From: an uncultured delta proteobacterium
GTDB lineage: Bacteria > Desulfobacterota > Binatia > UBA9968
Assembly: GCA_963840855.1 (NCBI GenBank)
Contig: CAWJBB010000050.1
Span: forward strand, 96,001 to 160,000
Reading direction: 5' to 3'
Length of the DNA stretch: 64,000 nucleotides
The translations under genes and the position numbers were made by a program. Of this stretch, positions 17,129-27,668 are shown one piece after another. The first letter of the stretch is position 1; each line of letters opens with the position of its first letter. The notes under the pieces were generated by a model. It searched no databases. It saw only the letters and a program-made list of their open reading frames with translations, and was not told where the DNA came from.

Positions 17129-17220
17129 TGGCGGAGAGGGAGGGATTTGAACCCCCGGTACGGTTCCCCGTACACTTGATTTCGAGTCAAGCGCCTTCAA
17201 CCGGGCTCGGCCACCTCTCC
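17129..17220 (-). tRNA. tRNA-Ser(CGA)
   Basis: GGAGAGG acceptor stem, anticodon arm cttga-ctCGAaa-tcaag, long variable arm, GGTTCAAATCC, CCA end. Confidence 0.96.
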
Positions 17221-17705
17221 GCACTGGACGGTTTTTTTGTTTCCCGTAAAGCTTTGAAGAAACTCGCCAGCAGATCAGCGCTCTCGCGCGCCAGCACGCC
17301 ACCGGCTACGGGCAGCCGGTGATTCAAGCGCGCATCATCACATAGCGCGAAAAGCGATTCCACGGCGCCGGCTTTGGCGTCCAGACAGCCGAAAACCAAG
17401 CGCCGGATGCGGGCCTGCAGGATCGCCCCGACGCACATCACGCAAGGCTCGAGCGTGACGTAAAGATCACATTCGCTCAGGCGCCAGTTGCGCAGCCGGC
17501 TGGATGCCTCCTGGATCGCCAGGATTTCCGCGTGGGCCAGGGGGCTCTGCTGAGTCTCCCGCTGGTTATGACCTCGCCCGATGACTTCCCCTTCGCACAC
17601 CACCACAGCGCCGACCGGCACCTCGCCCTTCTCAGCCGCATTGCGCCCTTCGTCCAAAGCGAGCCGCATGTAGCTAACGTCAAAGTCTGTACGGGGATGA
17701 TTCAT
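17187..17705 (-). CDS. tadA: tRNA adenosine(34) deaminase
   Basis: GEVPVGAV, AHAEI, TLEPCVMC motifs. Confidence 0.95.
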   Translation of the reverse strand: MNHPRTDFDVSYMRLALDEGRNAAEKGEVPVGAVVVCEGEVIGRGHNQRETQQSPLAHAEILAIQEASSRLRNWRLSECDLYVTLEPCVMCVGAILQARIRRLVFGCLDAKAGAVESLFALCDDARLNHRLPVAGGVLARESADLLASFFKALRETKKPSSAERWPSPVEGA

Positions 17706-17747
17706 CGGATCGCAGTGACGATAGCATAGAACGGAGCGGGAATAAAT

Positions 17748-18566
17748 TTATGGGTGCATATATTCGATGGGCGGCGGCTCGATGTCGGTTATGACCTCGG
17801 TGACCCCGGGTACCTTCTTGGCGATATCCACGATCTCTTTTTCCAGCTCAGTATCGGCGAGAATGCCCGAGATTTTCACGCGTCCGCCGTCCGCTTGAAC
17901 GTTGAGAATGACGTTGCGCGTGCGCGGCGCGATGATCAGCGCCGCCTGTACTCTCGCCGTCGTGGTAAGATCGGCAAACGCCTTTTCGGATTCCGGGGTG
18001 GACTGGGCGTCAATACGGCGCGCGGCGTCGGTAACGAGCAACGCCGCCGTGTCGTTGCTAACGCGGGTCGTGTTGATTACCAGGTCGTAGAGCAGCGGGT
18101 CCTGCCAATCGATATTAAACAGCGAACGCAGCCGCCGGCTGCGCACTCGGTCCAGTTCTTTTAGATACCGTTTGGCGCTCTCCTCATCCCCTCCCCGCTG
18201 GGCCCTGGCTCTTTGCGCCCGAGTATCGGCGTCAGCAATGGTCAGAACTTTCAAGACGCTAGGAACGCCGGGGAAAAACGCCTGGCCCGCCCGGCCGTGA
18301 TAAATCAGATTGCCGCCCTGGGCGACTTCGCACATGGCCGCCTGCAGCGTGATGCGGTAGAGCCTGAGGCTCTCCAACCAGCGCTCCCACCAGTGGCCCT
18401 GGGTTTCCAAAACCTCGGTGAACTTGGCCTCGGCAATGCCGTAACGTTGGCTTGCTTCGAGCAGCACTTCGCGGCTCACACTGCGGTAGTTCAGGTTAGC
18501 AGCCACCTTTCCGGCGATCTCGCCGCCCCCGGTGTAAGCCCCATGCGATATGGTTATAATGGCCAT
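17748..18566 (-). CDS. Cytidylate kinase-like family protein with C-terminal BON domain
   Basis: MAIITISHGAYTGG, GRAGQ, YDLVINT; BON-like tail GRVKISG...KVPGVTEV. Confidence 0.85.
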   Translation of the reverse strand: MAIITISHGAYTGGGEIAGKVAANLNYRSVSREVLLEASQRYGIAEAKFTEVLETQGHWWERWLESLRLYRITLQAAMCEVAQGGNLIYHGRAGQAFFPGVPSVLKVLTIADADTRAQRARAQRGGDEESAKRYLKELDRVRSRRLRSLFNIDWQDPLLYDLVINTTRVSNDTAALLVTDAARRIDAQSTPESEKAFADLTTTARVQAALIIAPRTRNVILNVQADGGRVKISGILADTELEKEIVDIAKKVPGVTEVITDIEPPPIEYMHP

Positions 18567-18735
18567 GCGCGCAACCTCCTTCCAGAATCCAAAGTCGCCA
18601 AAGTTACGAAGATAACGCCACCCTTATGCCGCGAACTCTACGCCATTATATCCCATTGTCAAAGCACCAGGGTCAAGGCAAATTTTCCGGCGCAATAAGA
18701 CGGTAATTCGCCCCAAAGGCGAGGAAGAACGATGC

Positions 18736-18787
18736 TAAAGAATGGCGCGCCCGGAGGGATTCGAACCCCAACCCCCAGATCCGTAGT
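18736..18787 (-). repeat. att site: duplicated 3' half of tRNA-Arg(ACG)
   Basis: taaagaatggcgcgcccgga...tccgtagt matches 27196-27248 with one substitution and one deletion. Confidence 0.92.
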
Positions 18788-18911
18788 TGGCTCTAATACA
18801 ATTTCACAAGAAATGGCAAGGGGAAGAAAGCCCGTTTCTCATAGGAGAGCGGGCTTTTCTTTTCCCTTGATTAAGGTACGTTCCTTGTGTGGAAACAAGT
18901 TTAGAAACAAA

Positions 18912-19250
18912 TTATTTAGTAGCGGGATTGAATTCAGTGTAAGCGGTAGGGTCGAATAAGTTGATCGATTGGATCTCGGAAACCGGGATGACGATTTCAA
19001 AATCACTGACGCCTGTTTTTATCATCTCTAGTTCTTGGCGGATAATCTTTGCATAAACTGCTGCGTAATCCACGGCCAAGTTTAATTTAAATGATGTTGA
19101 ATCCCTGTATCCGCTCTTAATTGGCAGCAGTTGAATATATTTGCGATCGTACATCGGGTTAATCGTTCGCGTCACTAAACCGATGTATACCTTGCGACTT
19201 CGAGGTTGTGAGAATGGTCGGTATGATTTTGTCGTTGTCCTGACAATCGC
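18912..19250 (-). pseudogene. C-terminal fragment of a hypothetical protein
   Basis: KVYIGLV...LLPIKSGYRD; low GC; abrupt junction to a GC-rich fragment near 19250. Confidence 0.45.
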
Positions 19251-19838
19251 GCAGGTGATGCTCACCAAGCGCGCCGTCGTCGGCCGTAACCCGCTGGCAA
19301 TAGTTCGGGTCCTTGCTCGTCTTCATCTGGTTGACGAAGTCGCGCACGGCCGGGCGTGATTCTGCGTGGCGCAGAGTTAACATGCAAAAAAACCCTTACA
19401 GGGGGAAGAAAAAAACCACGCCAAAACAGGTGTGGGCTTTGAATAGTTAACAACAATTGTTGATAACCCTGTTGATAACATCACGCGCAGGCCGATTTAG
19501 GGTGCAGGCGAGCGAATTGCATAAATTTTCGGCACAAAATATCCCACAATTAACGATGAGTTATAAATTTCGAAAAAAGTGTACAGCTTTGTTACACCTT
19601 GGTTATTGCAATATTTCAGCAAATAATTCTTGATTTTTACAGAAAAAATAAGATTAGTTAAAAGTGTTGTTTGATGCGCAATAAATGAGCCATTAAAATC
19701 GCCTCGTCGCATTTGCAAGACATGTTAAGAGCTAAGAGCGGACTTGACCCATCTTCCTGACGAAGAAACCGGTAGCCGGCAGGAGTGCGGTGAGAATAAG
19801 CAAGCTAAGCTGTGTACGAATACGGGTGCATAATGCCG

Positions 19839-21302
19839 CTATCTTTCTAGACACCGATCCAATCTTCGTCGCCAATTTCTCGATTTGGCCCTCGGTTGAT
19901 CGCCACACGGACAAACTTGGTCGTTTACAGTTCCGAAAATATCGTTGTCAATTGCCACGGGCAAGGTAACAGTGAATGTTGATCCTTTGCCAACTTCACT
20001 CTCAACTTCCACCTTGCCCCTGAGTAGCTCCGTGTACTTCTTGACGATATAAAGCCCCAGACCCACTCCTCCTTGGACTCTCGTATCAGAGCTATTTGCC
20101 TGGCCGAAAAGCTCGAAGATGTGCGATTTCAGCTGCCCTGGTATTCCGATTCCTGAATCTTGCACTTTCAATTCAATGGCTTGTTCAGCCCGAAGATACC
20201 GTACGAATACGCTGACTGAACCTTGCTCGGTGAACCTAATCGCATTGTTCAGCAGATTTTTTATAATTGCTTTGATCTTGTCGACATCTGTTCTTATTGC
20301 AGGGAGCTCGGGGGGCAACCGCCACTCCAAGGTAATATCTTTATGCAGCGGCGTGTTGTAACCTGCCTTAAGATCCTCTATGAGTTTCGCGAGATCAACT
20401 TCATGCGTCTCCACCATGACCTTCCCTGTCTCAAGTCTCGTTGCCTCAAGAACGTTGTCGATTAATGTAAAGAGTTCGGTCGACTGCCCTTGGATGGCCC
20501 TCACTGCCTTCGATTGCTCTTCTGACAACGAGCCCAGGAGTCCATCCAATAGCATTCCGGAATAACCAAACAAGGTGGTCAGCGGGGTACGGACTTCATG
20601 CGACATGAAGCGCAGAAACGTTGATTTTACTTCGTTCGAACGTTCCAGTTCAGCATTCTTTTCTTGAAGTTCGCTCGCCTGCCGCTTGATTTGCTCATAG
20701 AGCTGAGCCTGGCAGGCGGATAGTTTCGGGCAGAGATATCCTATAACCTCATGGGCATAAGCTTTCTGAATCGCAATAGCTGCTTGAGCGGCGAGCGCCG
20801 AGAGAAACTCAATTTCCTCTTCGGTGAACAGGTGCTTCTCTTTCGTATAGTATTCAAGCACCCCCAAGAATTCGTCCGAAACAACTAAAGGCACACCGAG
20901 ATACGAGACCAGGGCGTGCTCACGAAAGAAAGCGGTTTTCCGGGTTCGCGAACCACGCTGAAGATTCGCAACTACTAGCGGAGTCTTAGTTTTTCTCAGT
21001 TCCCTATCGAAGGGGGAATCCGCGATCTGCCACCGCTTCATATCAATGTTCCGGGACGCTTCAGGCTTTAATGTTCCTGTTTGTCTGTTCCACAACCTAA
21101 CCGCACTCGCATGGGAAAATGGGAGAAAGCGCTCAACATTCTCCAGCAGAAGATAGAGGACCGTGCGCAGGTCCAATGTCGAGGTGATCGCCGTAACGAT
21201 CTCGCGAAGGGCCCTGATACGCTTGAGATTGTGTTGCGTTTCTTCGAAGAGGAGGGTCTTTCCTCCTTTATTCGGTTGGGCACGGCTTGTAATACGAGAC
21301 AT
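19839..21302 (-). CDS. GAF sensor histidine kinase
   Basis: GAF, MSHEVRTPL, NNAIRFT, DSGIGI, GVGLGL. Confidence 0.93.
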   Translation of the reverse strand: MSRITSRAQPNKGGKTLLFEETQHNLKRIRALREIVTAITSTLDLRTVLYLLLENVERFLPFSHASAVRLWNRQTGTLKPEASRNIDMKRWQIADSPFDRELRKTKTPLVVANLQRGSRTRKTAFFREHALVSYLGVPLVVSDEFLGVLEYYTKEKHLFTEEEIEFLSALAAQAAIAIQKAYAHEVIGYLCPKLSACQAQLYEQIKRQASELQEKNAELERSNEVKSTFLRFMSHEVRTPLTTLFGYSGMLLDGLLGSLSEEQSKAVRAIQGQSTELFTLIDNVLEATRLETGKVMVETHEVDLAKLIEDLKAGYNTPLHKDITLEWRLPPELPAIRTDVDKIKAIIKNLLNNAIRFTEQGSVSVFVRYLRAEQAIELKVQDSGIGIPGQLKSHIFELFGQANSSDTRVQGGVGLGLYIVKKYTELLRGKVEVESEVGKGSTFTVTLPVAIDNDIFGTVNDQVCPCGDQPRAKSRNWRRRLDRCLER

Positions 21303-21314
21303 CTTGTCCTCTCC

Positions 21315-21710
21315 CTATGATTTTTGTTCGCTAGCGGAACTTTCGAGCGAGCGCCCTAGAGCAGCGAAAAGTTCCTCGGGCTCGAATGGTTTCTGCAGGA
21401 ATTCACTTGCACCCACGCTCTGCACCTTTTCACGTAGGTAGAGAGCGCTAAATGCAGACATTATGATGACCTCCGCCTTGGGGCTAATCGACTTGATCCC
21501 AGCCGTCAGCTGAAAACCGTCCAAGCCGTCCATAACTACATCCGTCAGTACAACGTCGGGAAGATGGGTTCTAAAGAGCCCGAGTCCGTGAATACCGTTC
21601 GAAGCCTCTAAGACCTGCCATCCACAGAACTGAACAGCCTCTGCAATGCCCTGCCGCACTGCTTCATCGTCCTCTACGATCAGGATTGTTTTCGGTTTGG
21701 ATTGCTCCAT
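21315..21710 (-). CDS. Single-domain response regulator
   Basis: ILIVEDD, LTDVVM, KPF. Confidence 0.92.
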   Translation of the reverse strand: MEQSKPKTILIVEDDEAVRQGIAEAVQFCGWQVLEASNGIHGLGLFRTHLPDVVLTDVVMDGLDGFQLTAGIKSISPKAEVIIMSAFSALYLREKVQSVGASEFLQKPFEPEELFAALGRSLESSASEQKS

Positions 21711-21737
21711 TTAAATTTTTGCTCCCGAGCGTAGTTG

Positions 21738-21753
21738 AGCAATTCAGGTGCCA
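21738..21753 (-). promoter_or_regulatory. Sigma54 (-24/-12) promoter
   Basis: minus strand TGGCAC-ctgaa-TTGCT, 28 nt upstream of the ATG at 21710. Confidence 0.8.
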
Positions 21754-21910
21754 GTTTTTTCGCAACGGGTTTTTACAGGCAAATATGAAAACTGCGGCGA
21801 TACCACTATCGCCGCCCGGCTATAGCAAACTGGAAGGTCGTCGTAATCAACACAGGAATGAGAAAGGGTTTTTCGTATCGCCGGACGGCGATAGCAGCGT
21901 ACAGGGGTTG

Positions 21911-23239
21911 TTAGGACTTGAGGCCGTACTTTTTGATGAGGCGGAAGAGAGCGTTCTGGTTCATCTTCAACAGAACCGCCGCCTTAGAGACGTTGCCTTC
22001 GGTCAGAGCCAGGGCCGTTCGGATGGCCCGTTTCGACCATTCCTCCGCAGCGTTGTCTTTCGCCGCTTTGAAAGACAGCAAAGGGAACCTGCCCGGCTCC
22101 GGATCAAGATGCTCAACTTCAATCCGTGCTGCACCCGATGTCTTGCTGCGCAGGACTGCTTTTCCCAGCACATTCGCTAGTTCACGTACATTGCCCGGCC
22201 ATGGACGGCTTACTAAGGCAGCCAGCGCCTCCCCCGATATTTCCGTGGCTCCGCGGCCGCCGCTCCTATCATTCATCTTCGCTCGGTCCACGAGCATCCG
22301 GGCAATGATCGGGATGTCTTCAGGATGGTCTCTTAACGGGGGCATAAATATACGGTGCATGTTAAGCCGATAGTAGAGATCTTCACGAAAAGTTCCCTCT
22401 CTTATCATGGTTTCAATATTGGCGTTGGTGGCCGCTACGGACCGCAATTGAACTTGCTCTGGCTTTTCCGCGCCAAGACTCCAGATCTCTTTAGTTTCGA
22501 TGGCGCGAAGGAGCTTCGGCTGTAATTCAAGGGGGAGAGAAGTTATCTCATCTAAGAATAATGTTCCTCCCTCTGCCAGCGCGAAGCGCCCTCGTTTTCT
22601 CGCGTCGGCACCCGTGAAAGCTCCTCTTTCGCGACCGAAAAGTTCGGATTCCACAAGCTCCTTGGGCAAAGCTCCCATATTGACCGCGATGAACGGCTCT
22701 TTTTTTCGCGGCGAGAGGTCATGAATAGCGCGCGCGGCCAGCTCTTTTCCGGTGCCGGTCTCTCCCGTGATCAATACGGGCCAGTCCGAAGTCGCGGCCA
22801 AATCGATTTCCTGATAGACCTTTTGCATCAAGGGGCTGGAGCCCACAAGCTCTCCGTGGGAGACGCGAAAGGCCATTTCCCTCAGTTTCAGCGTTTCTTC
22901 TACGGTTCGGATATGGGAAACGAGCTCTTCCGGGTCAAAAGGTTTGGTGAGGTACGCCCGGGCTCCGCGACGCATGGCTTCAACTGCCGAGGGGATTGTT
23001 CCATACGCGGTCATTATAACAACTTCTATTTCCGGCTTTCGGCGCCGCGCTTGCTCGAACAGCTGCGTCCCATTCATCCCCGGTAGTTGAAGGTCGGTGA
23101 CCAGTAGATCCACCTCAGGGATCTTTTTTAAGGCGGATTCGCCGTCGGTCGCGTAGTCGATATCCAGCCCGGAATCTTGAAAGGCCTCTCGTAGAGCATC
23201 GATTACAGCGGCGTCATCCTCTACCACTAAGGTTCTCAT
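21911..23239 (-). CDS. Sigma54-dependent NtrC-family response regulator
   Basis: receiver, GETGTGKE, GAFTGA, WPGNVREL, HTH. Confidence 0.96.
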   Translation of the reverse strand: MRTLVVEDDAAVIDALREAFQDSGLDIDYATDGESALKKIPEVDLLVTDLQLPGMNGTQLFEQARRRKPEIEVVIMTAYGTIPSAVEAMRRGARAYLTKPFDPEELVSHIRTVEETLKLREMAFRVSHGELVGSSPLMQKVYQEIDLAATSDWPVLITGETGTGKELAARAIHDLSPRKKEPFIAVNMGALPKELVESELFGRERGAFTGADARKRGRFALAEGGTLFLDEITSLPLELQPKLLRAIETKEIWSLGAEKPEQVQLRSVAATNANIETMIREGTFREDLYYRLNMHRIFMPPLRDHPEDIPIIARMLVDRAKMNDRSGGRGATEISGEALAALVSRPWPGNVRELANVLGKAVLRSKTSGAARIEVEHLDPEPGRFPLLSFKAAKDNAAEEWSKRAIRTALALTEGNVSKAAVLLKMNQNALFRLIKKYGLKS

Positions 23240-25657
23240 CGCTCCTCGTGCTTGTTGGCGAGTGGGAGAATAATCTCAAAACAAGCTCCGCCTCCGTTTC
23301 TGTTTTCCGCTGTGAGCGTTCCCCCGTAACTTTCACAGATTCTTTTTGCAATGGGAAGGCCCAAGCCCGTGCCCGTGCTCTTCGTCGTATAGAAGGCTTC
23401 AAATAGCCGCTCTGGATCGAGCCCTAATCCAGGTCCGTTGTCTTCGATCCTGATGACGATCTGAAGATCTCGGGTTTGCGCGGATACATGCAGGTCGTTA
23501 TCGCGCCCCAGCGCCTCCCGCTCGTTCTCGAGAAGATTGATGAGAACTTCTTGCAATTCGTCAACACTGACGGAAACGCCGGGCAGCGAATGCGGCAGGT
23601 TCACGATGACCCGGACTCCCTTTGCCTCGAAACTTGGCTCAAACAGATCGGTGGCAGCGCGTATAACTTCAGCGTATGAAACCAGCTTCGAATTAGCAGT
23701 GCGTTGCTTAAAAAACCCGAGCATCGATCGCGTCGCCCGGCCGATCCGATCCAATTGCCCAGTCACAAGATCCAGCCGTTCAGCGATCTCGGGTCGGTCA
23801 GCCATAGTTTTCTTTAAGGTATGTAGCCGTGTCTTGATAGCAAGGAGAGGATTGTTGATTTCGTGCGCGACGGAGGCGGCCACCCGGCCAAGAGTTGCCT
23901 CTCGTTCGGAGATATGCAAGGCCCGCTTCGCTTCTATCAGTGCGGTAATATCTTGGATCGTTCCGCCCAAGCGGACAACCCGCCCTTCCCCGTTCTTTGT
24001 CGCGTGGAAAATAGCGTTGAAGTGTCGCAAGGGACCACGCAAGGGGTTGCTGCGAAACTCTTGGGTGAACGAGTCACCCGTTTGGACGGCCCGCGTGAGT
24101 CCTTTCTCAATAAAGTGACGGTCATCGGGATGCACCATCTCTAGAAATTGCACGAGCGTCGGGGCTCCACGCGCCGGGTCACAGTCAAACAAGCGAAACA
24201 TCTCCGCCGACCACGAGCCCGTCTGCGTTGTCAGATCCAGTTCCCAACTACCGAGCTTGGCGCGCTCTTGGGCGGCGCGGAGGTCTGCTTCGCTTTTGCG
24301 CAGCTCCTCCAGCATGGTCTCCCGTGTCTGTCTGGCCCGCCCGCGCTCAAGAAAAAAACTTGCCAGCGTGATCGCAATGAAGCTAAAGGCGAGGGCGACA
24401 CCCGGAAATACCGGCGAGATGAACAGCCCCGTAGAACCCATCAGCCAGCCGGTCGCGATCCAAAGCCCGCCAGCCGCGGCGACCAACATGACGCCGCCCC
24501 ACGCGACTCCAGCCACAGGGGCAATGAGCGCGGCAATGGGGCCAGCAGCCATTACAAGCGCAAGCTCGATGGCAGGTGCCGCGGGAGATCGCCGGATGAA
24601 GTCACGCCGCAAGATACTATCGGCTACAGTAGCGTGGACCTCCACGGCCGGAAATGTCGTGTCCAAAGGTGTTGCAACGCTGTCGCCAAGTCCGGGGGCA
24701 GAGGTGCCCAGAAACACGATGCGGTCGCGCAACTCTCCCTCGGCTACACGATCCTCGAGAACATCGGCAGCGGAAATGTAAGGAAAGGTCTGCTTCTGAC
24801 CACGGAAGTGCAGGAGCACTCCGCCTTTCGGATCGAGAGGCACAATGATGTCTTCCAGGGCGAGTGATACCGTTCCGCTACCAGTCGTTCGGAGAACAAA
24901 CTGTCGGAGGCCAAGAGCGGGAATCAGGGTGGCTAAGCCGAGGCTCGGATAAACGAGCCCTTCGCGGGCGATGATGAGCGGCATCCGCCGGACAATCCCG
25001 TCAGCGTCGATCGTCACATTCGAGAAGCCTGAGCCGGATGCCGCCTTTCCAAGACCAGGAAGGCTGCAAAGCGTCGCCGACGACTGGAAAAGCGCAGGTT
25101 GTCCCCTGGCGCCTGGTTCCTGCAAAGAGACTGCAGGAATTGGATGGAGCACGCAGCTCCTTCCTTCCTCCCGCTCCGCGCCGAACCGCATTTGGTATCC
25201 GAGGACAAAAACGCCGCCACCAAGCACCGCGGCGAGCGCTGCGTCGTTAGGCGTCAGCGCGCCCGGATCCCCCCGCGGTTCCTTGGCAAGTGTCGTGGAT
25301 GGTCGCTCCGTCAGAGACGGTGGGGTCTCGTCTGGCTCAGCGAAGATCATGTCGATTCCGACGCTCGCAGCGCCAAGCGCCCCGATCTTTTCCACGAGCT
25401 GCGCGAGCCGGCTGCGCGGCCACGGCCATCGACCAAACCGCGTCAGGCTTCGCTCGTCGAGGTTCACGATCACGACTCGTCCCGACGTCTGAAAGCGGTG
25501 CGCAGACTGGAGCAGGACATCGTAGGCCTGCCGATCCAGTTCAGGCTAGGAGGAACGGCGGATGCAGATAGAGCCCAGCTACTAGCAATGAGGCGATTAG
25601 TCCCCACGCACCAAGATACCCGTAAGAGGGCCGGTCTCTGTCGAGCGGTGTTACCAC
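23236..25657 (-). CDS. CHASE2-PAS sensor histidine kinase (single-base frameshift near 25543)
   Basis: RWPWPRS, DADGIVRR, AHEINNPL; GTG 25657 gives a TM N-terminus (GLIASLLVAGLYL) that joins ELDRQAYD after a 1-nt shift. Confidence 0.85.
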
Positions 25658-26283
25658 ACGGTGATCTCAACGCGGCGATTGCGAGGCTCCAGAACCTCGT
25701 CGCCGGTCTTGACCAGAAGATTATCCTCACCGTGGGACTCAATCTCGAGGATATTCGGGTCGATGCCCTGGGCGGCTAGTAGGTCAGCGACTTTTCTGGC
25801 GCGTCCCAATGACAGCTGATAATTGTAGCCACGATCCCCCGTGGTGTCCGTATGGCCGATGATACTGATGACCGTGGCGCTGCGATCCCGCGCCGTCCAA
25901 AGAGCTTCTGGGATCAACGCCTCGGCTTCTGGCGTCAAGTCTTCCGAATTTTCTCTGAAATAGAGGATGAAACGTGCGGGCCCGGCAGGCTGCACCTCCA
26001 AAGCCGCCCCGAATATCCGGCTGATCTCAGTCTGCTCGAGAGCTAACGGCGGGCTCGGTGCATTGTCGGCACTTCGGACTGTGGAGGCTTGGCGGGCTTG
26101 GTCTAGGACTTGACTGCCTGTCTGATTCGTCACCGTGATCCTGCCGACCTCACCCTCCAAGTCGGGAATCAAGACGAACATGCTCTGCTTCGGCGCTGCG
26201 CACCCGGCAAGCAGGATGAGACACACGGCCCGCCCAAGCCGCGATGGGCTGCACTTCTCGTACCATCGTCCTCCAGTGTGCAT
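25651..26283 (-). CDS. OmpA-family lipoprotein
   Basis: LAGC lipobox; IGHTD, NYQLSLGRA, NRRVEI. Confidence 0.92.
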   Translation of the reverse strand: MHTGGRWYEKCSPSRLGRAVCLILLAGCAAPKQSMFVLIPDLEGEVGRITVTNQTGSQVLDQARQASTVRSADNAPSPPLALEQTEISRIFGAALEVQPAGPARFILYFRENSEDLTPEAEALIPEALWTARDRSATVISIIGHTDTTGDRGYNYQLSLGRARKVADLLAAQGIDPNILEIESHGEDNLLVKTGDEVLEPRNRRVEITVW

Positions 26284-26293
26284 TGGCCTTGTT

Positions 26294-26746
26294 CTACGGT
26301 GTCTCCACTTTTGCCAGGAACTGAGTTCCCCGGACTCCGAGAATTGCTACGGGTGTCTCGACGCGGACAGCGTCATGAGACAGCTTGGCGATGTTCCCCG
26401 AGACAAAGGCCATGACGCCGCGAGCCATCTTGACGACTAGTCCCAAACGGCCCTTCGCTGGCGCAAAGACGAAATGGTCGATCCGGATCTCGCTTTCGGG
26501 TCCGAGCGACAACCTTGTGTCGTCGCGCAGCACTACCCCCATTCGACCGTCGGCACCTGTCCGGAGGACGTCTCCTTCCTGGAGAGCAAGCCCCAGGCGG
26601 GCTGGCAGCGTTTCGTCTCCGCGTTGTACGGTGGCCACCCCTTCGGTCAATTTGACAAGACCTATCGGAGACGAAGCGCCCGCGATCGTTTCGAACAGGA
26701 CTAGAACGAGCACCATAGCAACCGCCATGATAGGCAAAGCTCTCAT
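26294..26746 (-). CDS. FecR-domain secreted protein
   Basis: signal peptide; GDVLRTGADG, VETPVAILGVRGT. Confidence 0.9.
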   Translation of the reverse strand: MRALPIMAVAMVLVLVLFETIAGASSPIGLVKLTEGVATVQRGDETLPARLGLALQEGDVLRTGADGRMGVVLRDDTRLSLGPESEIRIDHFVFAPAKGRLGLVVKMARGVMAFVSGNIAKLSHDAVRVETPVAILGVRGTQFLAKVETP

Positions 26747-27202
26747 AAGCCCTTCCCACCCGAGGCGGCTATCCGGGAGAGGTGACACGCTGTAAAAAAG
26801 CGCTATCGGGAAGTCAAAATTCCTGTCAAAACCAATTGTGCAGAGCGGGAGGACGATCCCACTTCACTTCGACCGGGAACATTTTGTCCCCGTCAGAGTT
26901 CATAGGTGTTCATAAGTGTTGGATAACGTATAGATAAACGACAAGGTGGAAAAAGTCAAATGACCCAGATTGACAACGAGCAGTTAAACAAGCACGTGAA
27001 AAACATGATTTTGTTGTCCAGCCGACTGTCTTGAGCCGTCTCCATAGGGCTTTCGGCGGTGGCGCGGAGACATGGTCGCGCCTGCGGGGTATGATCTTGC
27101 GCAGGCGGAAAAAGAAGCCGACAAGATCAAAGTGCGCCGAGTAGCGGTTTGAAAAAGATGCGCAAGAACATGGCCACTGATTATTTTCATTGAATTAAAG
27201 AA

Positions 27203-27279
27203 TGGCGCGCCCGGAGAGATTCGAACCCCCAACCCCCAGATCCGTAGTCTGGTGCTCTGTCCAATTGAGCTACGGGCGC
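27203..27279 (-). tRNA. tRNA-Arg(ACG)
   Basis: GCGCCCG acceptor stem, ccaga-ctACGga-tctgg anticodon arm, GTTCGAAT, CCA end. Confidence 0.96.
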
Positions 27280-27290
27280 GTTCTGATCAG

Positions 27291-27385
27291 CCGTCCGCCC
27301 TTCGACGAGCTCAGGACGAACGGCCAAAGCTTGAATTTTGGCATGTCAGCATCCGTTCGTGGTGAGCATGGCGAACCATGAACGG
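27291..27385. repeat. REP-like element (CTTCGAC-n-GCTCAGGACGAACGG family)
   Basis: ccttcgacgagctcaggacgaacgg...ccgttcgtggtgagc; second copy at 27560-27630, related element at 41488-41560. Confidence 0.7.
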
Positions 27386-27668
27386 ATCTAACGACACAGT
27401 CTCTTATGGGAACGGAGAAATAGCGGCGCTGTCATGCCGCAGGAACGCCAAACTACCATAGCCCACAGGCAAATTCCACAAATTGCGCCGACTTCCGATT
27501 TCATCCCTATTGCCTAATGCCTGTTGCCTATCCGGTTTCCAAAAAACTCCCTAGGAGTCCTTCGACGCGGCTCAGGACGAACGGAGGGGATTTCATATCA
27601 TTGATGATTTTCCGTTCATGTTGAGGCTCTCAAAGTATTCCGAACCGTTTTTCAGCAACTGCAAGTGC

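Larger units (their letters stand above)
18736..27248. mobile_element. ~8.5-kb genomic island in tRNA-Arg(ACG), no integrase inside
   Basis: flanking direct repeats ending in the anticodon loop; AT-rich segment at 19.4-19.7 kb. Confidence 0.88.

Noticed and set aside
18732-18959. ORFs over the att repeat and tRNAs (18732, 17032, 17060, 26984)
   Set aside because: Spurious translations of tRNA or att sequence.
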